DNA of 58,432 nt from a virus. Lineage: Duplodnaviria > Caudoviricetes. The first letter of the stretch is position 1, and the number at the start of each line of letters is the position of its first letter. Under the pieces are notes generated by a model. It was not told the origin of the DNA and did not search any database. It worked only from the letters and a program-made list of their open reading frames with translations. The stretch lies in IMG/VR virus record IMGVR_UViG_3300047476_001256, positions 1 through 58,432 of that record; one strand, given 5' to 3'. Below are positions 1-10,558 of the stretch, one piece after another. The position numbers and the translations under genes are program-made.

Positions 1-253
1 TCATATACCTTTGATTTATTCTTTATTATTATTGTTGTTCTATATCCTTAAACTTCTTTAATAGTCTATTCTCTCTTTTATTGTAGTATTCAGTTAGTCT
101 TTGTTCTAACTCTCTTATTTGATTTATATTCCTATTAAATTCCCTTATACTATCTATTATTAATACTATACCTATTATCACTATTATTGTTATTACTACT
201 ATCATATATCCTTGCTGAATTTATTTTATCTTACTTTTCAAATTTGTTTTAGT

Positions 254-583
254 TTATTTTTGTGTTTCCAATAAGAATTTTATATCGATTAAAAATGTTC
301 CTATCGTTTGTAGGTTTTGTTTACTACAAAGGATATGGTTTTTTGTTTCGTTATCTTCCAATTTATAGTATGGATACTTTGTCATAGGGCCATGCATACT
401 TATATCCTTATATAACTTCAATATCTTATCACTTCCATAAAAAGGCTCTCTTAATCCTATTGAATAATATGTTTTTTGGTCTACTATCCATTCGATTTGA
501 TAGGATAAAGATTTGCCGGTATTCTTATCTTCACAAAGTATCGTTTGACCTATTCCTTTATTTGTTTCGTATATTGTTAACAT
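254..583 (-). CDS. hypothetical protein, 'MLTIKN'-like paralog family
   Basis: ORF in tightly packed minus-strand run; N-terminus MLTIYETN resembles neighbours. Confidence 0.6.
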   Translation of the reverse strand: MLTIYETNKGIGQTILCEDKNTGKSLSYQIEWIVDQKTYYSIGLREPFYGSDKILKLYKDISMHGPMTKYPYYKLEDNETKNHILCSKQNLQTIGTFLIDIKFLLETQK

Positions 584-827
584 AACTTCTACTTACTAAT
601 TTATTTACTCTATTTCTTTTGATGTGCATTGTTAGGTGTTTATTATCAATATACATTCTACTCCAACCTATTCTTTTCACTCTATTTTTATATCCTCTTG
701 TTTGATATCCCGTTATTTTTCTCCATCCTTTTGTTATAAACATTGGTAGTGTTTCAATCGTACCTTCACCATCTTTGAATTTCAATTGTGTTGTTTTTCT
801 TATATTCATTTTATTTATTTTTATCAT
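558..827 (-). CDS. hypothetical protein
   Basis: ORF in packed minus-strand run. Confidence 0.55.
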   Translation of the reverse strand: MIKINKMNIRKTTQLKFKDGEGTIETLPMFITKGWRKITGYQTRGYKNRVKRIGWSRMYIDNKHLTMHIKRNRVNKLVSRSYVNNIRNK

Positions 828-940
828 TCATAATACAAAGCCATAACATAATCAATATTGCAAGTATGTATTTCATATCTTATCTTATTTATACTATCAA
901 AAAAATTTCCCTATTCGACATTATTTTTCCCCGGCCCCCT

Positions 941-1267
941 TTAATTTATATCGTCTAATATTATACCCAACATTTTAATAAAGGTATTCTTATCCCTTAT
1001 ATCACTTATAAAAAGTCTTGCAACTTCACTACCCGTATGATAACCACCACCTACATATATTGAATACATCGCTTCTCCTCTTGCCGCCACCCATACACCT
1101 ACTCTTTCCAATGATAATTGCAGTGTCACATTACTACGATATAAAAAAAGATTAATCATATATCTCGTTTTACTTTTAGTTACATTATTGCATAACCACA
1201 CTCCACCATCCTTTGTATGTATTCTTTCGTATCTTATACCCTCTCTATAATTTTTTATTGTTAGCAT
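941..1267 (-). CDS. hypothetical protein, 'MLTIKN' paralog family
   Basis: N-terminus MLTIKNYREG; C-terminal I.DK..F motif. Confidence 0.7.
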   Translation of the reverse strand: MLTIKNYREGIRYERIHTKDGGVWLCNNVTKSKTRYMINLFLYRSNVTLQLSLERVGVWVAARGEAMYSIYVGGGYHTGSEVARLFISDIRDKNTFIKMLGIILDDIN

Positions 1268-1274
1268 TGTGTTA

Positions 1275-1688
1275 TTATTTTTTCATTACTAAAAGTTCAT
1301 ACTCCTCTGCCAGTGTTTTCACTGCACTAAAAAAAGTAGTTTTATCCCTTACCGCAATTTTTGATATGTAGGTGGACATAACCAAACCTGCAGCCTGGTC
1401 ACCAATATACATTTCATACAACCCATCTCTATTTGGTTTTCTTTCAACCCATATTTCAAATTGGTATGTCCTATGTTCCAATACTATAATATACTTCGGA
1501 CTTGTTGCATTCCCACAAAATTGTGCAATAGTTTTAATACTGAAATAATTTGTTACTGCTAGTCCTTCTAGCGTTTCTCTTATATTCTTTATTGTTATCA
1601 TATTATTCCGATTATGCATTGTCTGTGCTTGTTTCATTGCATCTTTTGCATTCTTTATACTCATTTGTCTTAAATAATCACTATCCAT
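1275..1688 (-). CDS. hypothetical protein, 'MLTIKN' paralog family
   Basis: internal MITIKNIRETLEG; C-terminal VRDKTTF. Confidence 0.7.
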   Translation of the reverse strand: MDSDYLRQMSIKNAKDAMKQAQTMHNRNNMITIKNIRETLEGLAVTNYFSIKTIAQFCGNATSPKYIIVLEHRTYQFEIWVERKPNRDGLYEMYIGDQAAGLVMSTYISKIAVRDKTTFFSAVKTLAEEYELLVMKK

Positions 1689-1814
1689 ACTAACAATTTG
1701 TTTTATATTTTTTCACTTTACCTTTTAATCTTTTAATGCAAATAATACATGCTCTGTTTTCTTTTATTACCTTTCTGATATTCCAAATTTTATTAACACG
1801 TCTATTTACTTCTA

Positions 1815-2126
1815 CTAACATACTTGTTTCATTTTATTCATAAATTCTGGTAAACTTTTTATTTGACTTAAATATAAGTTCATTGTTCCTCCTGGACCTT
1901 TCAATTCGTATAACATTCGTTTTTCGTTTGTAACTAAATCAATTGTTCCATTCGTTGCATCCTTTTCTAAACTAATTGTAGTGGATGCAATACCACCCGT
2001 TCTATCCAATTGAAATATATAATAGTCTTTACCATTATCACCTACATAATTTTTATATATGTGTGTTATTGTCCAATCATTTATTTGAATACTCTTTAAT
2101 ATTTCTATATTTTTTATTGTTATCAT
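1815..2126 (-). CDS. hypothetical protein, 'MLTIKN' paralog family
   Basis: N-terminus MITIKNIEIL. Confidence 0.7.
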   Translation of the reverse strand: MITIKNIEILKSIQINDWTITHIYKNYVGDNGKDYYIFQLDRTGGIASTTISLEKDATNGTIDLVTNEKRMLYELKGPGGTMNLYLSQIKSLPEFMNKMKQVC

Positions 2127-2207
2127 ACTATCAAAAAATTTTCCTTAAACGACTCACCCCCCAACCCCCGCCCCTTCGGTTCGTGGATAGTGGTTTCGTA
2201 TTTACTT

Positions 2208-2534
2208 TCACTTACTTAATGCAACTAATCTTAATTTGTCAATGAATATATCCATATTACGAATTTCATTTTTGATTAGATATAATATATTTCCGTTACT
2301 ACTTTTTAGTTTATATGCCTGTAAACTATCATTTGCAACAAATCCTCGACCTTCTCTATCCAATGTAATTGTTATTGCATATTTTCTATTGGTTATTGTT
2401 ATCTTATATTGATATGCATATGCATTGTATGTAACATTATCAATAGTAAATACTTCTTGTATACTTTCAACATAAAAGTTTTTCTTACCCAATGTCTTAT
2501 TGTTTAACTTATTTATATTCTTTATTGTCAGCAT
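2208..2534 (-). CDS. hypothetical protein, 'MLTIKN' paralog family
   Basis: N-terminus MLTIKNINKL. Confidence 0.7.
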   Translation of the reverse strand: MLTIKNINKLNNKTLGKKNFYVESIQEVFTIDNVTYNAYAYQYKITITNRKYAITITLDREGRGFVANDSLQAYKLKSSNGNILYLIKNEIRNMDIFIDKLRLVALSK

Positions 2535-2535
2535 A

Positions 2536-2883
2536 TTAAAACGGATTATTAAAGTTTGTGTTGCCTGTTGTTTTTTGTGCTTTTGGTTTGTATCTTATGA
2601 TAAAGTCTTCAAATATCATTGTAGTTAATTCAAAGGATTTCAATTTTCTATTTTGTACCCACGATCTTCCGAATTGTGACATATCCATTCCATCCCTTAA
2701 TACCATTTCATATTCATTTGTAATTGTTCCCTCTCTGAATATTTTTATTATGTAAGGTGTTCCATTATATCCAATAGTAAAAGAATACAATAAAGTGGTT
2801 TCATATACAGCACCTATTCTAAAGTCTTTATAATCATGTGCCCATCCTTCTAACTTCTTATAATTCTTTATTGTCAAATTCAT
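2536..2883 (-). CDS. hypothetical protein, 'MLTIKN' paralog family
   Basis: N-terminus MNLTIKNYKKLEG. Confidence 0.7.
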   Translation of the reverse strand: MNLTIKNYKKLEGWAHDYKDFRIGAVYETTLLYSFTIGYNGTPYIIKIFREGTITNEYEMVLRDGMDMSQFGRSWVQNRKLKSFELTTMIFEDFIIRYKPKAQKTTGNTNFNNPF

Positions 2884-3009
2884 ATACTAAATAGTTTTGT
2901 TCTTTATGTGTACCAACTCTTGTCGGTTTTTGTTTTAGTAAACTATCATTTGACAATTCAATATTGTTTTTGATAATCATTTCAATTGTTCTCTGCATGT
3001 ATATTACTT

Positions 3010-3408
3010 TCATTTGACTTCAATACTTTTAATAATTGTTTTACCAATTGGAAAATGTGCTATAATTTCTCTTTCTTTATATCCATGTGAACCAATTTTG
3101 TATCTATAAAAATAATATGTACCACTACCACTATAATCAAATCCTCTTGCTTCAATAGTGTAAGGTAATACTACTCCACCTGATACAACTTCTATACTAA
3201 ATCGTTTCATTGGATAATCTCTATCCATCTCTTCTTGTGCATTTTTATTTAATTCTTCCCGCTTTAACTTTTCAGCCAATTCGTAATTGTTTCTTTTTAT
3301 TCTTTCTAAATCATCTATTTGTTCTAATGCTTCAAGTGACTTAGCCATTGGAAAGAATATGTCTTTTAATTTACTCATATTGTTTATTTTTATATTGTTT
3401 GCATACAA
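3010..3408 (-). CDS. hypothetical protein
   Basis: ORF in packed run; true start probably MSKLKD. Confidence 0.6.
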   Translation of the reverse strand: MYANNIKINNMSKLKDIFFPMAKSLEALEQIDDLERIKRNNYELAEKLKREELNKNAQEEMDRDYPMKRFSIEVVSGGVVLPYTIEARGFDYSGSGTYYFYRYKIGSHGYKEREIIAHFPIGKTIIKSIEVK

Positions 3409-3659
3409 ATTAAAATCTTATCTATTGTGTCAAATTGGTTTTTATTTAATGGCAAAAAGTTTTCTCTATATTCCATTAAATACATTCCATCATTTCTTTG
3501 TTTTCTATGTAGTAAAATAGTTTCTACATTCGGTCTACCAACTGATGCGTACCCTAATGTAAATTCGTAGCAATGTGTATGTTCTTTCACTTCAATAATA
3601 TCATATACCTCATTGTATTTTGTTCCAACTATTTCTTCTATGTTTTTTATTGTTAGCAT
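3390..3659 (-). CDS. hypothetical protein, 'MLTIKN' paralog family
   Basis: N-terminus MLTIKNIEEIVG. Confidence 0.7.
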   Translation of the reverse strand: MLTIKNIEEIVGTKYNEVYDIIEVKEHTHCYEFTLGYASVGRPNVETILLHRKQRNDGMYLMEYRENFLPLNKNQFDTIDKILICMQTI

Positions 3660-3663
3660 ATTC

Positions 3664-3924
3664 TTACCATTTACTTAGTGGACATTCACTTTCAGGAACC
3701 AAAGTCTTTGCAGATATGTTGCAACCACAACCTTTTCTTTCTTTCTTTGTTATTATGTTTATTCCAACTTTCTTTGTTGAACATGTGTTATTCACTCTCA
3801 TATCACATGAATTACACAATAACAATCTATTCGCTGCCATTAGTTTTAACTTCGGGTCTAATGTTCCTATTTTATCTTTTACTACATTTGCCCATCCGTT
3901 GATTATTTGACTTAACTTTGACAT
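3664..3924 (-). CDS. small Cys-rich (Zn-binding) phage protein
   Basis: CxxC...C...GCGC...CP..KW pattern. Confidence 0.65.
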   Translation of the reverse strand: MSKLSQIINGWANVVKDKIGTLDPKLKLMAANRLLLCNSCDMRVNNTCSTKKVGINIITKKERKGCGCNISAKTLVPESECPLSKW

Positions 3925-3930
3925 ATTATT

Positions 3931-4128
3931 TTATTTTTTCAATTCAAAATCTTTATTGTATATGTTGTTCTCTTTTATTTTATTAACAGCATATTCAATT
4001 CCTTTACTCAATCCCTGTGTATGGATACCCGGTTCGTTTTTTAGTTCGTCAGAATATTCAATCAAATCTTCTAATACTTTTCTTTCAATTACAATAAATT
4101 CTTTGTAAGCTCCAATGATTTGTTTCAT
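3931..4128 (-). CDS. hypothetical protein
   Basis: ORF in packed run. Confidence 0.55.
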   Translation of the reverse strand: MKQIIGAYKEFIVIERKVLEDLIEYSDELKNEPGIHTQGLSKGIEYAVNKIKENNIYNKDFELKK

Positions 4129-4246
4129 AGTTATTTATTTTTCTTTTTAGTATAATCCCATAACCAAATTGCATACATTGATAAAATGCATACTATATAC
4201 ACTATTGTTTGTTTTACATACATTATTCAAATATACTACATTTTTT

Positions 4247-4756
4247 TCACTTCACCAAATTCCATTTTCCGTCTATTAGTTTGTAGTGTTTAATTCTTTC
4301 TAATCCGACTTGGTAAGGTATTGTTATAAAAGTTTTTTCTATTGTAGTCCAATTTGCTGGTAGTTTATCATCCTTATATAAATTTTTATGATATTCTTTT
4401 ATCAATCTCCAATCATACCATAAAAATTCAGTTAAACTACTATTTAAGAATTGAATATAATCAACATACCATTCTTTGTATTTATTAAAATATCCAAACA
4501 TATTAAAGTCTTGTTCATTCCAATACTTTTGTTTTCTATAAGGTATTCTAAAATGATTATGACTTTTAAACCTCTCCATGCCATAACTAATTTGCTCTAC
4601 ATCAGCACCTCGTTTGAATTTGTGGACTTCTAAATCTAAATCGGTTTTACCACCCATTTGAATATCATACCACCCATTTAATTCTAAAAATTGTTTTGCA
4701 ACTTCTCTATCTTCGGTATCATTGTGAGAAAGTGCAACTAATCTATCTACTGCCAT
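4247..4756 (-). CDS. hypothetical protein, possible PD-(D/E)XK-like nuclease fold
   Basis: E...DL...DVE spacing reminiscent of restriction-like nucleases; weak. Confidence 0.4.
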   Translation of the reverse strand: MAVDRLVALSHNDTEDREVAKQFLELNGWYDIQMGGKTDLDLEVHKFKRGADVEQISYGMERFKSHNHFRIPYRKQKYWNEQDFNMFGYFNKYKEWYVDYIQFLNSSLTEFLWYDWRLIKEYHKNLYKDDKLPANWTTIEKTFITIPYQVGLERIKHYKLIDGKWNLVK

Positions 4757-4757
4757 A

Positions 4758-5018
4758 CTATAACATATTACTCAAATCCTCTTCGTTTTCTTTTATATCT
4801 TTCAACTTTTGTTTAAGTTTTTCAAAGTCTATGTCCAACTTTTCACCTCTACCAACTTTGAAACTCCATTCAATGTAGAAAAACAATAAACCAATTGTTA
4901 GTGAACATACTCTTGTTGAATATAATACTCTATCAATTTCTTCAATTGCACCTGTCATTTCGATATCCAATCCTAAGATACTGCGATATTTACTAAATAA
5001 ACTTAAACCTATATTCAT
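4758..5018 (-). CDS. hypothetical protein
   Basis: ORF in packed run. Confidence 0.55.
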   Translation of the reverse strand: MNIGLSLFSKYRSILGLDIEMTGAIEEIDRVLYSTRVCSLTIGLLFFYIEWSFKVGRGEKLDIDFEKLKQKLKDIKENEEDLSNML

Positions 5019-5019
5019 A

Positions 5020-5697
5020 TTATTTTGTTTTCTTTGTTTTTCTTTTTGGTTTTTCTTCTTTTATTTCAGGTAAGACTTCCGATGCTTCTAATAATTTCTT
5101 TTCCAAATCTAATTTTACAATTTCAGTAATTTGTTTTCTAGCTTCGTTTGATATTCTACTAAAATTTAATGCTTCAAAATCTATTTTCAATTTATCTTCT
5201 CTATCTCTTTCAGCTTGTTTTCTTGCAGCTCTTACTCTTAATTTAGTCAATTCGACTTCATCAATATCATCCGACTTTACAATTGATTGTATTTTTTTAG
5301 TTAAATCAGTTACTCCTTTATTTCTATCATATTCTTTGATACCGGCTTTAACTAATATTTCCTCATTCTTTGCTTCGATATATTCCATTAATTGTTTATC
5401 ACTAAGTGCAGATTTTTCTTCTACCTGTGTTTTCCTTTCATCTGCCCATTGTTTTTGTGTTTCCCAACTTGCTTCTTTAACTCCGGCAATATGCAATGCT
5501 TTTTCAATATTACCACCCATTAATAATTCGGCAGGAACTTCTTCTACTGAACTGGTTGGTGGTGTCCAATTGACTGGACCAGATGTATAATTACCAAGAC
5601 TTCCTTCGTAATTCATTTTACTCATTTGTTTTGCACCTACTATATATCCAATAAAGAATATTACGATTACTGCAAATACTGCTAATACTAATTCCAT
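5020..5697 (-). CDS. membrane-anchored coiled-coil protein
   Basis: N-terminal hydrophobic helix, charged helical body, Lys-rich tail. Confidence 0.65.
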   Translation of the reverse strand: MELVLAVFAVIVIFFIGYIVGAKQMSKMNYEGSLGNYTSGPVNWTPPTSSVEEVPAELLMGGNIEKALHIAGVKEASWETQKQWADERKTQVEEKSALSDKQLMEYIEAKNEEILVKAGIKEYDRNKGVTDLTKKIQSIVKSDDIDEVELTKLRVRAARKQAERDREDKLKIDFEALNFSRISNEARKQITEIVKLDLEKKLLEASEVLPEIKEEKPKRKTKKTK

Positions 5698-5857
5698 AAC
5701 TTACTTTTTTGTTTTGTTGTTTTTCAATTTTGTTTCTAACTTTTCTATTTTTGATTTGATACTATTTGTTCTAACTGACTTATACCATTTACCCATATTA
5801 TTTACGGGTACCATATTTTCTACTTCAGTCAATTCTTCTTTTAATTTCTTTAGTGTC

Positions 5858-6379
5858 TTATATAGTGCCATTTTGTTGTAATTTTAAATCTTCAATTTGT
5901 TTTTGTAACTGTTTTATTGTATCAACCAAATCTATTGATGTTCCCGTTGATGCATCATATATAGAGAATGTTCCACTATTATTTACTTGACCAATTATTC
6001 CGCCCATTGGTTTGGGTGTTATAGTTTGTAAAGAATGACTACTATACATTGGTGCAGATATCAATCTCGTTTTCAACATACCATCAATCATTTCCTCAAA
6101 TATCATTCTAAAATTTTGTTTGGAACTCATCATTTCTTTAGAATGTTCGTTTATTCTAGAACGACCTTCATCATCTTTTAGAATAACACTAAATGTATCA
6201 CTAATTTTAAACTTATGTGCAGGTGTTAATACTGATAATTCCCATTTTGGTTTTGTTGGGTCGTTCAAATCTAATATAGTTGCAAAGTATTTTGTTTCAT
6301 CCGCATTGTGTATTGGATTAACTATGCAGTAACCTTTGTATGCATAACCACTTATTTTTTCCCAACCTTTGATTTTCAT
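5858..6379 (-). CDS. hypothetical protein (divergent 'MLTIKN'-like N-terminus)
   Basis: MKIKGWEKISG. Confidence 0.6.
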   Translation of the reverse strand: MKIKGWEKISGYAYKGYCIVNPIHNADETKYFATILDLNDPTKPKWELSVLTPAHKFKISDTFSVILKDDEGRSRINEHSKEMMSSKQNFRMIFEEMIDGMLKTRLISAPMYSSHSLQTITPKPMGGIIGQVNNSGTFSIYDASTGTSIDLVDTIKQLQKQIEDLKLQQNGTI

Positions 6380-6389
6380 ACTAATATCT

Positions 6390-6833
6390 TTAACTAGTTA
6401 AAATTTTAACTTCTTCAATCATATAGTTTCTTAAAGCATCTTTGTCTTTTATGGTATCCAGATAAACACTACCAACTGACATATCAAAACCTTTCCAAAT
6501 ATTCATTTGAACTCTATCAGCTATTATTGTAGTATGTAATTCAAATTTAACAAGTTTACTAAATGTATTATTTTTAACTCCTTCAAATTTGTAAATAGTA
6601 TATGGGGTTTTATCCGATGCATTTATTCTATCTTCCCAACCTATAAAAGATATTTCTATAAAAGAGCCATCTTGTAAATAGTTTTTACAATTTATGTGGT
6701 GTGGATTTTCTATTTTTAGTTTTGTTTTCACTTTGTTATTTTGTAGTACACAAGATAAGTGGTCGGTATCTATTAAATAATCCATATCAACACCATTGGT
6801 ATCTTTGCCACAATATCGACAAGTCCAATTCAT
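6390..6833 (-). CDS. hypothetical protein with N-terminal Zn finger
   Basis: CRYCG...HLSC. Confidence 0.6.
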   Translation of the reverse strand: MNWTCRYCGKDTNGVDMDYLIDTDHLSCVLQNNKVKTKLKIENPHHINCKNYLQDGSFIEISFIGWEDRINASDKTPYTIYKFEGVKNNTFSKLVKFELHTTIIADRVQMNIWKGFDMSVGSVYLDTIKDKDALRNYMIEEVKILTS

Positions 6834-7435
6834 TTTACTTCTTTTGTAATGTGAAATAGTAATTCCACTTTAACCAACTGATTGCAATTCCAAATGCAGG
6901 TGTAAATGTATTCGGCCCAGCATAGTATCTTTCACTAAACCATAACTTAAATATTGGTAATATAACTACTATATCTTTGTTCTTTTGTATTTTATTGTTG
7001 TCAATAACCCATTCTAATTTTCTCATCTTATTTTATGTTTTGTTTTGTTTTTTCTATTGTTTCGTTTTGTGCCTGAACTTTCGACTTATACATATGTCTA
7101 ACTATTTCACCCAATTGGTGGTCGGTAGTATTTTCATCTAATATAATTTCTTTACGAATAGTCAGGGTTTGTTTTGCTTCTTCTGCCCATTCTATTATTT
7201 GTTTTGCATATTGTTTTTCCATTATCCAAAAAATTTACTTAATGTTTTTTCTGATTTTGTTTTGACTGATTTTTTCTTTTTAGTTTTTGGTTTCACTTTA
7301 ACAACTTCCGGTTTTGGTTGTTTAGTTAGTGCATACCATTGTTCTAACTTTTCTTTTGAGTCAATTATGTAATATCCATTTTTATCAGGTCTTATCATAT
7401 ATCAAATATACTAAATTTATTCGGTTTTACCAAAT

Positions 7436-7470
7436 AAAAAAGGGACATCGGTGAGAACGATATCCCTTTA
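7436..7470 (-). terminator. intrinsic terminator
   Basis: AAAGGGATATCG-loop-CGATGTCCCTTTTTT on minus strand. Confidence 0.75.
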
Positions 7471-7516
7471 AGTCAAAATGACAAACAAATATTTTATTAT
7501 AATTTACTTTTTTATA

Positions 7517-7690
7517 TTATTCTACTGGTAAAAATATGTATTTAACGGTATCACCACATTCATTTGGTGTTTCCAATGATTCATTATTTTCTGACATCCA
7601 AACATCAACTTGTTCTTGTGTCATTGATTCACATCCTTCGACAGGTGTATTTGTGCAAGATTCACAAATTTTCCATAATTGTTCTTCCAT
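7517..7690 (-). CDS. small acidic protein (57 aa, not in ORF track)
   Basis: MEEQLWKICESC...PVE*; TATTTAT motif upstream, terminator downstream. Confidence 0.6.
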   Translation of the reverse strand: MEEQLWKICESCTNTPVEGCESMTQEQVDVWMSENNESLETPNECGDTVKYIFLPVE

Positions 7691-7925
7691 TGTATTTTAT
7701 TTTAATTGTTCTACAATAAATATCAAATAATTTCCAATTCCTCAATTTTATTCACAAATAGATATTCCATTGTTTGGTGAAACTTTAATATCTTCTCAAC
7801 TCCATAATATTCTTTTAATGTGTCTGCCATTTCACCCGACAATTCTTTATTAAATCTTTGGATTGGCATTTTCTTTACAATTTCATATAAATCACCACCA
7901 ACTTTTGCAGTTTCTATCTTTCTTA

Positions 7926-8267
7926 TCATTTCCAGAATATTTGAATTAATAATATACTTGCGGCTAAGAATAGACAAGTAAGTGTTTTAAGTGTAATTGG
8001 TTCTTTGAATAATAACCAACTCAAACTCACAAATATTATAATACCAATACCAAATCCAATAAGACGAGATGGCCATAATTGACCATCACCCCACATTACC
8101 AAACTTTCTACCGATTTAATGTAAAACCAAGTAGCTGGGATTGCACTTAATAATATTAATATTGGATATTTTTGAAACCAATTATATTTTACACTTCCTT
8201 GTAGTTGCATAAAGGAAAAAACCTGCCCTAAGATACCATATAAGATACCAACTAATAACCTATTCAT
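7926..8267 (-). CDS. small multi-pass membrane protein (DMT/SMR-like)
   Basis: four hydrophobic helices; LFKEPITLK motif. Confidence 0.6.
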   Translation of the reverse strand: MNRLLVGILYGILGQVFSFMQLQGSVKYNWFQKYPILILLSAIPATWFYIKSVESLVMWGDGQLWPSRLIGFGIGIIIFVSLSWLLFKEPITLKTLTCLFLAASILLIQIFWK

Positions 8268-8405
8268 TTTGTTTTGTTTAATTAATAATCTTCATCCTCA
8301 AATGATAATGCATCCATTGCAGCATCATCTTCATAAATTTCATCTTCAATCAATTCTAATCTTTCGTATACATCTTCTAAAAGTGGATGAGAAATACCAT
8401 CAGCA

Positions 8406-8771
8406 TCAATTGATTTTAGGTTTTCTTTGATTTGATTTACCAACTTTAATATTCTTTGTTTCATTTTTTAGATTTTCAATAAGTATATACAAATCACGAA
8501 TTTTTGCACATTTTTCGTATTCTTCTATACTCATAAAATAATCCATAGCTTTATCCAAAGTTAATTTTATGTTTTCTCTCTTCAAAAGAAAGACTATATT
8601 ATCATAATAATTTGATACCATTATAGCCTGAACTGTATCTAAATTTTCAGATAACATTTTTTCAGAGTATCTCAATAACTCCGAATAAATAACATATCTA
8701 TTTTTAGATAACCAATTAGGTAAGGACTCATTCTCCAAGTCAATGTGTAATATGATTGGTTCCTGTTTCAT
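8406..8771 (-). CDS. protein with C-terminal UVR (UvrB/C) motif
   Basis: EEYEKCAKIRD. Confidence 0.6.
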   Translation of the reverse strand: MKQEPIILHIDLENESLPNWLSKNRYVIYSELLRYSEKMLSENLDTVQAIMVSNYYDNIVFLLKRENIKLTLDKAMDYFMSIEEYEKCAKIRDLYILIENLKNETKNIKVGKSNQRKPKIN

Positions 8772-9254
8772 TTAAGATAAATATGTATTCTTTCTTTTTA
8801 ATTGAATATCCATTTCTGATTTGGTAGTTCCAATTTTACATTGTTTCTTATACCAATAATACAAATCTTCCAATGTTCCCTTACCTCTTTGTCGTTCCAT
8901 TGCCTTATCCCACAAATCTTTTCCAAATTCCTTAGTAAATTCACTTCGTAATCTCCATAATATCATTTGTTCTTCTTTGTGAGCTTCCAATTCTAACTTC
9001 AAAGCTTTTAATCGTTTCATTTGTGATGCTTCCAATGCAGCCTGTATTCTATTCCTTTCATCCGTTCCACCATAATTATCATATGCTTGTTGGTAAACTT
9101 TGTGTTGGGTTTCCCTCATTTGTTTTGCTTCACCAAACATATAACAATAGTCAAAATCTCCGTTTCGTATTTTCAATAACAAAGGTGCATCTGCAGGTAG
9201 TGGTTTATTTACTCTACCCTTTGTCCACCATCTATAACGATTATATCTTCCCAT
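8772..9254 (-). CDS. hypothetical protein
   Basis: ORF in packed run. Confidence 0.65.
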   Translation of the reverse strand: MGRYNRYRWWTKGRVNKPLPADAPLLLKIRNGDFDYCYMFGEAKQMRETQHKVYQQAYDNYGGTDERNRIQAALEASQMKRLKALKLELEAHKEEQMILWRLRSEFTKEFGKDLWDKAMERQRGKGTLEDLYYWYKKQCKIGTTKSEMDIQLKRKNTYLS

Positions 9255-9408
9255 AACTTTACTTTACTTTCTAAGAAATTCATTGCATCACTATCACCAT
9301 CCCAACTATCATATTTTCTAAATCTATTATACAATGCTTCCAATCCAAATTCATTATAGTATTTGATTAGTTCATCCAACTTAGGTATATGACAATTGTT
9401 AAATCCCA

Positions 9409-9975
9409 TTATTTATTTCTTTTTTGTTTTGTATTCATTTTCTTCACTTCACTTTTGTATCTTTCGTTTGCAGCTTTTAAGTTTTCATTTGCTTCCCATT
9501 CATCACCTTCAAATAAATCTTCATCATCTTCAGGTTCATCACCCCATTCGAAAGTAACTCTATCTTCCGGTATTCTCATACCATAATCATCAAATTCACT
9601 TTCATCTTCTTCAGTTGCTCTATATCTACCAAAGAAATCATCTTCCAATTTCTCACGATCTTCATATCCATGTCTTAAGTTTTCAAATTCTTCTTCATCA
9701 CGTTTGAAATCATCCGCCGTATATGATTGTGGAAATTCAAATGAAAAATTCTCTTCAAATTCTTCATTTCTATACTCATCTGCTCTATCCAATATCCATT
9801 GTTTCCAACTATCTTTATGATAACCTAAACCGGTTGCAATAGTTTCAAATGCATCCATCAATTGGTCAATATCCAAATCACTATGGTCGTGTTCTACTGA
9901 TGTTTTTACTCCATATGCCTCACCTGTAAACTTTGCAGGTTTGTGATAGTGTGGGTTAAATTTTTCGTAATTCAT
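9409..9975 (-). CDS. acidic hypothetical protein
   Basis: D/E/F-rich C-terminal half. Confidence 0.65.
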   Translation of the reverse strand: MNYEKFNPHYHKPAKFTGEAYGVKTSVEHDHSDLDIDQLMDAFETIATGLGYHKDSWKQWILDRADEYRNEEFEENFSFEFPQSYTADDFKRDEEEFENLRHGYEDREKLEDDFFGRYRATEEDESEFDDYGMRIPEDRVTFEWGDEPEDDEDLFEGDEWEANENLKAANERYKSEVKKMNTKQKRNK

Positions 9976-9986
9976 ATTATTTGTGT

Positions 9987-10316
9987 TTATTCTTCTTCGT
10001 CAAAATTATAATCTTTGTTTGTTGAGTATAGTATTTCACCATCCCCATTTACTGACATATTTAGTGCACCTTTGTCTACCAAATCTTCAATAGTTTCACC
10101 AATACCATCTGCATTTACTTCATTGCAAACTTCCAAAAATTCATCATCAGATAATATTATTTCATTTTCTTGTTCCCATTTTCTTTGCATTCTAATTTGT
10201 AATGCTCTTTTCAATGGTAATGGCTCTATGAATAAATTTTCTTCAAAGAATCCATTTTCTTGTAAGGTATCAACTATCTGATTTGATATCTCAATTATTT
10301 CACTAAGTATGTCCAT
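9987..10316 (-). CDS. acidic hypothetical protein
   Basis: ORF in packed run. Confidence 0.6.
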   Translation of the reverse strand: MDILSEIIEISNQIVDTLQENGFFEENLFIEPLPLKRALQIRMQRKWEQENEIILSDDEFLEVCNEVNADGIGETIEDLVDKGALNMSVNGDGEILYSTNKDYNFDEEE

Positions 10317-10521
10317 TTTGTTTTTTTATTTGTTCAAAATTTTGTTGTTCTTCTTCCAGTGTTGGTATGTAATCAGGATCATTTTTCACTTTAGAAATAT
10401 ATTCCCAATATTCTTCATTTAACTTTTCTTGTAAAATGTATTGTTCGTATAAATAATCTTCATCACCACCGATACTGCCGGTTGATAATTGTTTGTTAAA
10501 TTCTTCGTTAGACTTCGACAT
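10303..10521 (-). CDS. hypothetical protein
   Basis: start moved to MSKSNE, downstream of TATTTATA motif. Confidence 0.55.
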   Translation of the reverse strand: MSKSNEEFNKQLSTGSIGGDEDYLYEQYILQEKLNEEYWEYISKVKNDPDYIPTLEEEQQNFEQIKKQNGHT

Positions 10522-10558
10522 AATTATTTTCTTTTTATAAATATACACTAAATTTTTG

